The translations under genes were made by a program, and so were the position numbers. DNA of 64,000 nucleotides, taken from positions 57,842,088-57,906,087 of the forward strand of contig NC_068988.1 of assembly GCF_001194135.2 (NCBI RefSeq). The letters run 5' to 3'. Positions 60,001 to 64,000 of the stretch are shown here, piece by piece (positions within the stretch are counted from its first letter, which is position 1; the number at the start of each line of letters is the position of its first letter). This stretch comes from Octopus bimaculoides (lineage: Eukaryota). The notes below the pieces were generated by a model, which ran no database searches, had not been told where the DNA came from, and saw only the letters and a list, made by a program, of their open reading frames with translations.

Positions 60001-62235
60001 AAACTTTTCAGGCTGCCACCCCCTTGACACCCAGATCACATTCCAAGCACGCCCACCCCAACTAAGCGTAATGTGGTCAGTGACTGGAAGAGGATCCAGC
60101 CATAGAAAATGTATCAGTCTGATGACACAAACAAGTAGAAGAATAGTAAAATAAAAGAATATATACTCACTTCTGCAAGGCAACTTCGTAATTCCCCTGA
60201 TGAAAGAGCAGCCAACCTTTGAGGGCAACAACCTCAGCAGATTCTGATTCAGCAAGTTTCTCCACACACTCCTTTAAGAACACAAGACAAGAGCAAATAG
60301 TTGAAGGCAACGAGTACAGTGAAGAATTCCGGGTAGAGGTAGGGGTCCACCAAGGTTCAGTCCTCAGCCCCCTCCTATTTATCATAGTCCTCCAGGCGAT
60401 AACAGAGGAATTCAAGATAGGATGCCCCTGGGAGCTCCTCTATGCTGATGACCTTGCTCTAATTGCTGAGTCACTATCAGAACTGGAGGAGAAGTTTCAG
60501 GTGTGGAAGCAAGGATTAGAATCGAAGGGCCTTAGAGTCAACCTAGCTAAAACTAAAGTCCTAATAAGTAGGAAGGTAGACAAGCCCCAAACCCCTTCAG
60601 GTAGATGGCCCTACTCGATCTGTAGAAAAGGCATAGGTAGAAACTCTATAAGATGTACCCAGTGTAAGCTATGGACACATAAGAGGTGCAGCAATATCAA
60701 AGGAAGGGCATCCAGCTGTTGAAACTCTGCCAGATCAGATTGGAGCCTGGTGCAGCCATCTGGTTCGCCAGTCCTCAGTCAAATCGTCCAACCCATGCTA
60801 GCATGGAAAGCAGATGTTAAACAATGATGATGATGACTTTAGTTTGTTTCTATAAAACTATGACAAGAGAAGATGTACTCCTGACCATCACAAGATTGTC
60901 CATGTAGAGCTACATTCATGATGTCAGTAATTTAGAAATTTTGGGTTTGGTGATAAGATACTAAATAAGAGTGAAACCACCTATCATTGTTACTGTTCAG
61001 CCCTCATCAAGCATACTTTTAATCAACAGCATTCCAGTCATGACCATTTCATCTTTTTGGGTATCCAGGACTATAGTCTCCAATATGGTGTTCCTCCCTA
61101 CCTTTTTTCTTTCATTATTATTCAGACAGTCAAGGTAGATGTAATTTGAGAGAAATTTGGCTGCTATTTCTAACAGATGAAGTGACTGCATACAGCAGGC
61201 ATGGGCAACCTTTATCAAAAAGCAGGCCATACTACTTAAAAATTCAATGTAATTTTCCATTGAAGATGCAACTCAGAAAGTCCCACAAGCCACAGTTTAC
61301 TCATGACTGGCATAGAGCAATGCTCCACAACCAGTGTGCCACAAGACGAAGCTAGGTATGCTGCTGTGTAACCTGGCGCCACAGTGTAACCTGAATATAA
61401 TTTTTTTCTCTATACTTTTAGCTATATTTTTAGTTCGGTTGTGCTGCCGAATTTTGAAAAGAATATACATGTACCACAAGTGAAAAAAGGTTGTGGAGCA
61501 CTGGCAAAGAGCAATGGTGACCAAACAACAGTTTTCACAGTTACTAAGTACAGCTTCCGAGATAATATTGAGTTTCAGTTTTAACATCCTACTAGCTGGA
61601 TTTTAAAGGATTAACTGTAAAAATGAAAACTCAATAAAAGCCTTCAGTGGTTAAAGATGAATTAATCTACTTCAGCAGGTAAAACTGTTTCAGTGTATAT
61701 TTTCTCATAAATCAACATAATTTTAAAACTATGTGCTGCAGTTCTTGAATGCTAAATAAATATTGTATATGATTCTTCTTATCAAATAAACTTGGCTATC
61801 CCTGACATAGCAGCTTACCTTTTTGTCAAGTTGTAAAAGAGATAGAATGCAACTGGATGGAGAAAGAGAATGGGTATAAAGGATGTATGGAAAGGCGGTG
61901 AGCTGGCAGAATCATTAGCACGCCGGGTGAAATGCTTAGCAGTTTTTCATCTGCTGCTATGTTCTGAGTTCAAATTCCACCAAGGTTGACTTTGCCTTTC
62001 ATCCTTTCAGGGTAAATAAATTAAGTACTAGTTGAGTACTGGGGTCGATGTAATCAACATTATTTCATAAAAAGTTGGTAGTTAACATGTAATGAATAGG
62101 AAGTGAATGTGTAGTGAACAGACAGTGGACGAATAGGTAGGAAATGAATACACTTACCTCAGCCTGTTGGTATTTTTCTAGCTTGATGTAAAGATAGGCA
62201 AGAGTTATCTGAATCTCAATGTTGCTGCTTTCCGT
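22034..62235 (-). CDS. TTC37: Tetratricopeptide repeat protein 37 / superkiller complex protein 3, multi-exon gene, 5'-partial (32 visible coding exons)
   Basis: Spliced translation gives motifs matching my recollection of human TTC37/SKI3 in order: [137 protein letters not shown]. All visible junctions are GT-AG and phase-compatible except across gaps. Confidence 0.96.
23120..23159 (+). ncRNA. Minimal type-I hammerhead ribozyme motif (U4C core variant)
   Basis: ACTGT-CCGATGA-ACG GGAA CGT-GAAAC-TCCGA-GTA^ACAGT; 5-bp helix I, 3-bp helix II, near-palindromic helix III. Confidence 0.75.
23531..23666 (-). CDS. TTC37: TTC37 penultimate exon (136 nt): (K)[45 protein letters not shown]
   Basis: ctttgttacag acceptor, AAG|gtatgt donor; matches RRLLERVV...STARWYLL. 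Confidence 0.88.
24020..24465 (+). mobile_element. Two tandem SINE family A copies
   Basis: two A-box/B-box/core units. Confidence 0.8.
25446..25579 (-). CDS. TTC37: TTC37 exon (134 nt): [44 protein letters not shown]
   Basis: cccactgtag acceptor, AA|gtaagt donor. Confidence 0.88.
26030..26237. mobile_element. Probable piggyBac-like MITE (family also at ~57960-58400 and ~58670-58900)
   Basis: ends resemble TTAA(CCC)TTTAGCATT / AATGCTAAAGGGTTAA; shared interior AACATAAAACAAGCAGAATATTTTGG. Confidence 0.55.
27046..27109 (-). CDS. TTC37: TTC37 exon (64 nt): (S)[21 protein letters not shown]
   Basis: atattttcag acceptor, ATG|gttagt donor; matches GKLSSLLRLALLALK. Confidence 0.85.
28286..28374 (-). 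CDS. TTC37: TTC37 exon (89 nt): [29 protein letters not shown]
   Basis: tttgttcaccag acceptor, AG|gtatgg donor. Confidence 0.87.
28536..28663 (-). CDS. TTC37: TTC37 exon, 5' part lost in gap: ...[42 protein letters not shown]
   Basis: open frame emerges from gap 28664-29584, CAG|gtacgt donor; ends at the conserved WQ. Confidence 0.8.
29798..29938 (-). CDS. TTC37: TTC37 exon (141 nt): (D)[25 protein letters not shown]...VLLELS
   Basis: ctctttacag acceptor, G|gtgaga donor, phase 1-1. Confidence 0.85.
30033..30511. mobile_element. Two tandem mariner-derived MITEs (30033-30236, 30295-30511)
   Basis: GAGGGGGTGC.GAAAAGTTCCTGG / CCAGGAACTTTTCAGCA TIRs; interior encodes mariner C-terminus-like [12 protein letters not shown]. 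Confidence 0.85.
30612..30723 (-). CDS. TTC37: TTC37 exon (112 nt): [37 protein letters not shown]
   Basis: tttgtctatag acceptor, G|gtatgt donor; QKA...P equivalent. Confidence 0.9.
31619..31792 (-). CDS. TTC37: TTC37 exon (174 nt): [29 protein letters not shown]...LDESLNK
   Basis: tgtattgcag acceptor, AAG|gtaagt donor; matches NPGDPALWSLL region. Confidence 0.92.
32111..32199 (-). ncRNA. Type-I hammerhead ribozyme motif with long helix II, sense to TTC37
   Basis: minus strand ATTCC-CTGACGA-[~60 nt incl. TGTGCA/TGCACA stem]-GAAAC-ATAT-GTA^GGAAT; palindromic ACATATGT helix III. Confidence 0.7.
33043..33220 (-). CDS. TTC37: TTC37 exon (178 nt): (G)[34 protein letters not shown]...AAEFFAK
   Basis: ctttattccag acceptor, AAG|gtaaac donor; matches TESLQALCALGL..D..L..A...EL. 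Confidence 0.94.
33476..33686. mobile_element. Mariner-derived MITE
   Basis: GGGGTGCTGAAAAGTTCCTGGCTTT ... AAAGCCAGGAACTTTTCAGCAC. Confidence 0.88.
33803..33920 (-). CDS. TTC37: TTC37 exon (118 nt): (E)[38 protein letters not shown]
   Basis: ctttctctcttcag acceptor, weak GG|gtgtgt donor fixed by phase with the next exon. Confidence 0.88.
34449..34491 (+). ncRNA. Minimal type-I hammerhead motif, G12->A mutated
   Basis: CAGT-CTGATGA-C-GGC..GCC-aAAAC-TACGAA-GTC^ACTG. Confidence 0.65.
35385..35512 (-). CDS. TTC37: TTC37 exon (128 nt): (S)[42 protein letters not shown]
   Basis: ccttctgatcag acceptor, G|gtaaat donor; matches GFALALFMKGLYKES. Confidence 0.93.
35595..36093. mobile_element. Foldback/MITE-like element with ~130-bp imperfect terminal inverted repeats
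   Basis: 35595-35726 is roughly 80% reverse-complementary to 35963-36093 (by eye). Confidence 0.75.
36526..36609 (-). CDS. TTC37: TTC37 exon (84 nt): (K)[27 protein letters not shown]
   Basis: ttccctatccag acceptor, AG|gtgagt donor. Confidence 0.92.
36626..36981. repeat. ~47-bp minisatellite, ~8 units (TATCAAATATACAGGCTGTTCATAAATTACCTTTACAACTTTCGCGG)
   Basis: direct tandem repeats read from sequence. Confidence 0.95.
37206..37299 (-). CDS. TTC37: TTC37 exon (94 nt): (E)[30 protein letters not shown]
   Basis: ctttatttcag acceptor, AA|gtaatt donor; matches ERIQNYAPAFTMLG. Confidence 0.94.
37786..37927 (-). CDS. TTC37: TTC37 exon (142 nt): [47 protein letters not shown]
   Basis: tttgaatgtag acceptor, G|gtatgt donor; GYA.WVC...LY.YNI equivalent. 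Confidence 0.96.
38034..38321. mobile_element. hAT-superfamily MITE, 288 bp
   Basis: imperfect CAGGTGTTCTCAACC/AGTTGAGAACCACTC TIRs, perfect 8-bp TSD ACTTAAAG; relative at 44764-45024. Confidence 0.88.
38616..38690 (-). CDS. TTC37: TTC37 exon (75 nt): [25 protein letters not shown]
   Basis: tcttttgtag acceptor, CAT|gtaagt donor; [10 protein letters not shown] motif. Confidence 0.97.
39421..39651 (+). mobile_element. RTE 3' tail element
   Basis: near-consensus tail ending (GAT)n. Confidence 0.9.
39946..40014 (-). CDS. TTC37: TTC37 exon (69 nt, phase 0-0): [23 protein letters not shown]
   Basis: tattttttccag acceptor, CAG|gtaagt donor; AHEAF..AQSLDP.Y..CWIGQ. Confidence 0.97.
40277..40720 (-). 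mobile_element. RTE 3' tail element with 5' subrepeats, inverted relative to the 39421 copy
   Basis: starts with (TCA)n; reverse complement of the tail consensus. Confidence 0.9.
41520..41725. repeat. (GAT)n/(GGA)n low-complexity tract
   Basis: direct reading; ORFs here are simple-repeat artefacts. Confidence 0.9.
42450..42506 (-). CDS. TTC37: TTC37 exon (57 nt): [19 protein letters not shown]
   Basis: ttctattacag acceptor, CTG|gtaagt donor; WTNLG.LYL motif. Confidence 0.95.
43050..43110 (+). ncRNA. Type-I hammerhead motif in right arm of a 225-nt palindrome
   Basis: GATAA-CTGAAGA-GATG..CATCC-GAAAC-TCAGA-GTT^TTATT. Confidence 0.65.
44597..44661 (-). CDS. TTC37: TTC37 exon (65 nt): (E)[21 protein letters not shown]
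   Basis: tttcttcttcag acceptor, AAC|gtaagt donor; LAQHCF motif. Confidence 0.95.
44764..45024. mobile_element. hAT-like MITE
   Basis: CAGTGGTTCTCAACC ... GGTTGAGAACCAC; interior homologous to the 38034 element. Confidence 0.8.
45875..46113 (-). CDS. TTC37: TTC37 exon (239 nt): (K)[23 protein letters not shown]...[17 protein letters not shown]
   Basis: cttattgcag acceptor, G|gtacac donor; CYG.A.K, W.DLG and WNALGV motifs. Confidence 0.96.
46414..46512 (-). CDS. TTC37: TTC37 exon (99 nt): (R)[32 protein letters not shown]
   Basis: tttttatttttcag acceptor, AA|gtaaga donor, phase 2-2 bridges neighbours. Confidence 0.88.
47526..47618 (-). CDS. TTC37: TTC37 exon (93 nt): (R)[30 protein letters not shown]
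   Basis: ttctattacag acceptor, AG|gtgagt donor; matches RADVSCLWKLAGDACT. Confidence 0.96.
48985..49087 (-). CDS. TTC37: TTC37 exon (103 nt): (G)[33 protein letters not shown]
   Basis: tactctatag acceptor, AG|gtaaac donor; matches GLGECHLMMAK. Confidence 0.92.
51288..51319 (-). CDS. TTC37: TTC37 short exon (32 nt): [10 protein letters not shown]
   Basis: long ttctttctttcttcag tract, AT|gtaagt donor; matches LNPESIYSVF. Confidence 0.85.
51744..51828 (-). CDS. TTC37: TTC37 exon (85 nt): (F)[28 protein letters not shown]
   Basis: ttatccacacag acceptor, GAG|gtatgt donor. Confidence 0.96.
51955..52275. mobile_element. Mariner MITE interrupted by a truncated RTE tail (52037-52174)
   Basis: MITE halves rejoin at ATATTCC|CCTCTCAG; ATTCC duplicated on both sides of the insert. 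Confidence 0.88.
52967..53074 (-). CDS. TTC37: TTC37 exon (108 nt): (G)[35 protein letters not shown]
   Basis: ctttattgcag acceptor, TT|gtaagt donor; AKWAWLR signature. Confidence 0.96.
53186..53619. repeat. 32-bp minisatellite, ~13-14 units (GATCAAGCAGATCAATAACCCATGGCTGTCCT)
   Basis: direct tandem repeats read from sequence. Confidence 0.93.
54399..54451 (-). CDS. TTC37: TTC37 exon (53 nt): [17 protein letters not shown]
   Basis: tctttccag acceptor, GG|gtaagt donor, phase 0-2 fits both neighbours. Confidence 0.9.
56020..56418 (-). mobile_element. RTE LINE C-terminal fragment
   Basis: [55 protein letters not shown]. Confidence 0.9.
56680..56785 (-). CDS. TTC37: TTC37 exon (106 nt): (E)[35 protein letters not shown]
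   Basis: ttattacag acceptor, GAT|gtaagt donor; matches RARGCYRKAFELD. Confidence 0.95.
57063..57892 (+). mobile_element. RTE reverse-transcriptase fragment with stops/frameshifts
   Basis: [54 protein letters not shown]. Confidence 0.92.
58563..58642 (-). CDS. TTC37: TTC37 exon (80 nt): [26 protein letters not shown]
   Basis: tttgttttag acceptor, GA|gtgagt donor; matches AARLD..FCYLGHYY. Confidence 0.95.
59276..59420 (-). CDS. TTC37: TTC37 exon (145 nt): (K)[24 protein letters not shown]...KSFKSFLQ
   Basis: cttctcacag acceptor, CAG|gtatgt donor, phase 2-0. Confidence 0.93.
60171..60271 (-). CDS. TTC37: TTC37 exon (101 nt): [33 protein letters not shown]
   Basis: gttcttaaag acceptor, AA|gtgagt donor; TPR helix similar to human AEVHALEALIHF. 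Confidence 0.9.
60306..60836 (+). mobile_element. Young RTE RT fragment (open frame, YADD) fused to the family 3' tail
   Basis: [47 protein letters not shown] with no stops, then AGGAAGGGCATCCAGC..(GAT)n. Confidence 0.93.
61895..62060 (+). mobile_element. SINE family A copy
   Basis: A-box, B-box and core present. Confidence 0.85.
62158..62235 (-). CDS. TTC37: TTC37 exon (78 nt, phase 0-0): [26 protein letters not shown]
   Basis: ttcttgttatag acceptor, GAG|gtaagt donor; joins in frame to the ECVEKL exon. Confidence 0.8.
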
Positions 62236-62985
62236 CTATAACAAGAAAACGCATGTATACAGTTATGAGAATTTATGTAAGCGTGAGGGTTAATATATCT
62301 ATGCATGTATAGGTGTGTGTGTGTGTGTGCGCACACACACACACACACACACACACACTCAAGAATTGCTGGATGGATTCGGATGAAACTTTCAGGGATG
62401 TTTGGCATTGTGACTGGCACAAACTGATTAGATTTTGGGATCAATCCAGTACCGGACAAGGATTCTGGATTATTTTTCCTGTTTTTTTTTACTTTATTAA
62501 CCACACACAAACAGGCTTCTACACAGTTTCCATCTACTAAATTCACTCACAAAACATTAGCTGGCCCAGGGCTACAGCAGAAAACACTTGCCCGATGTGC
62601 TGTGCAGTAGGACTGAACGCAAAACCTTACAGTTGCAAGGTGAACTTCTTAACCACACAGCCATCCCAGTACGCATAAATTAGCCATTAGCATAAATAAA
62701 CTTTTACTTTATCAGTAATAACACATGTACATATGTATATTTAAAGATGTATGCATGTGCCAGATGTATAAACAATTGCTATTGAATCAGTAATAATATG
62801 TACACACACACACACACACATACCCATTCATTATGTATTATATGTGTATGTAATCAACTGTTACTGCATCAGTAATAATCGTTGAAGGGAATCAATATTA
62901 TGGCAACAAGGGAAATTCGGTCAAGGTTTTCCAATAAATCTCACAATGTATAAATGTATATAAGTATGTATGTGTGTGCATATGT

Positions 62986-63017
<32 letters not shown>

Positions 63018-63241
63018 GGAAGGTGTATATGTATCTACATACTTTTGGATGTATGTGTGCAAGTGTGCGTGTGTGTGTGTGTGTGTATGTGTGTGTGAGA
63101 GAGAGTGTGTCGCTGTGTGTGTGTGAGTGTGACATTCTCTGTGTGTCTGTATTTCTATTTACATGTATTCATGTGTGCGTCTGTCTTTGTGTAATGAGTG
63201 GCTTCAGGTATGTGTGATCCATTATATATGCATTTGTGTGT

Positions 63242-63272
<31 letters not shown>

Positions 63273-64000
63273 GGAGACAAACAGACAGAAACAGGTACAT
63301 GATTAGACAGATATAAGATATGAAGATATAGAAGTATTAGATATAAGGAGGAGAGAGAAGGAAAGAAATAGATACATAGTCAGATAGATATATAATATGA
63401 AGATAGAGAAATATTAGATACTAGAAGGCATTTTCCCCAGGGTGCCACACAGTGGGACTGAACCCAGAACTATATAGTTGAGAAGCAAATATATTACCAC
63501 ACAGCCACATTTGTGCCTATACCTAGCATTGTATTATCTCATGTGCCCTTCCGTTTTTTAAGTCAGCAAAATGTAATTTGAAGGATTTAGGCTGCTGTTT
63601 CCAGGTTTCTTTATGTTTAGTTATGACTAGCAGTATAGCCCGGTGTTGCCCGGGATTAAGCTAGGATTATTAAGTGATCAAGTGCTTTAAGATTTTGCTA
63701 ACAAAATTCTTGCTTTCTTTCTCTTTTTTTTTTTTGTTTTTGATGCTTTTATTCTCTGTTTTGTGCAGTTATTGCTGTTGTCATCTTTGAATCTTTTCAA
63801 CATTGCAGTTGGTTTGGGTGTTTTTTCTGTGTCAACTTTTTAATTAAAAAAAATCATTATTTGCACCATCTACAGTGAGATATGGAATGAATATATGCGT
63901 ATCTATTATTAACATATCTAAGCAGGTTTCGATGCAAAATATACAGGATGCTGTAGTGTACATCATAGAAGACTAACTCCTCCATTATTATTATTGTATA

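Noticed and set aside
49040-60205. CTGATGA matches at ~49045, ~60119 and ~60195 as hammerhead cores
   Set aside because: No downstream helix II/GAAA/NUH arrangement; two of them lie in coding exons.
49088-60273. NAGNAG tandem acceptors (AAG GAG at 60272, CAG GAG at 54452, TAG GAG at 49088)
   Set aside because: The distal triplet is GAG, which is rarely used; no evidence of alternative use.
9748-62060. tRNA-like A/B boxes as tRNA genes
   Set aside because: They are SINE heads followed by a conserved SINE core and lack a complete cloverleaf.

Overview
AT-rich, gappy animal genomic scaffold, very probably Octopus (inferred from repeat content: tRNA-head SINEs, RTE 3' tails ending in (GAT)n, dense microsatellites). 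The minus strand of ~21.9-62.2 kb carries the 3' three quarters of a TTC37/SKI3 (SKIC3) gene. I reconstructed 32 visible coding exons with phase-consistent GT-AG junctions. One exon, part of another and most of the terminal exon fall in N gaps, and the 5' exons lie beyond the window. The first 21 kb shows no convincing host gene, only repeats: a Dong/R4 3' end at (TAA)n, a Penelope-like ORF fragment, a deleted mariner, a head-to-tail SINE array, a hAT MITE with perfect TIR/TSD and a long GA-rich tract. The most notable unexpected signal is a set of short elements beside (TA)n tracts that carry minimal type-I hammerhead-ribozyme motifs of several distinct sequences (17.0, 23.1, 23.2, 32.1, 34.0, 34.5, 43.1 kb). 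Three of them sit inside near-perfect palindromes that would sequester the ribozyme strands. Other points of interest are an inverted RTE-tail pair enclosing an in-frame exon, a candidate 34-nt poison exon, and two intronic minisatellites. All ribozyme activity and splicing claims are untested inference.
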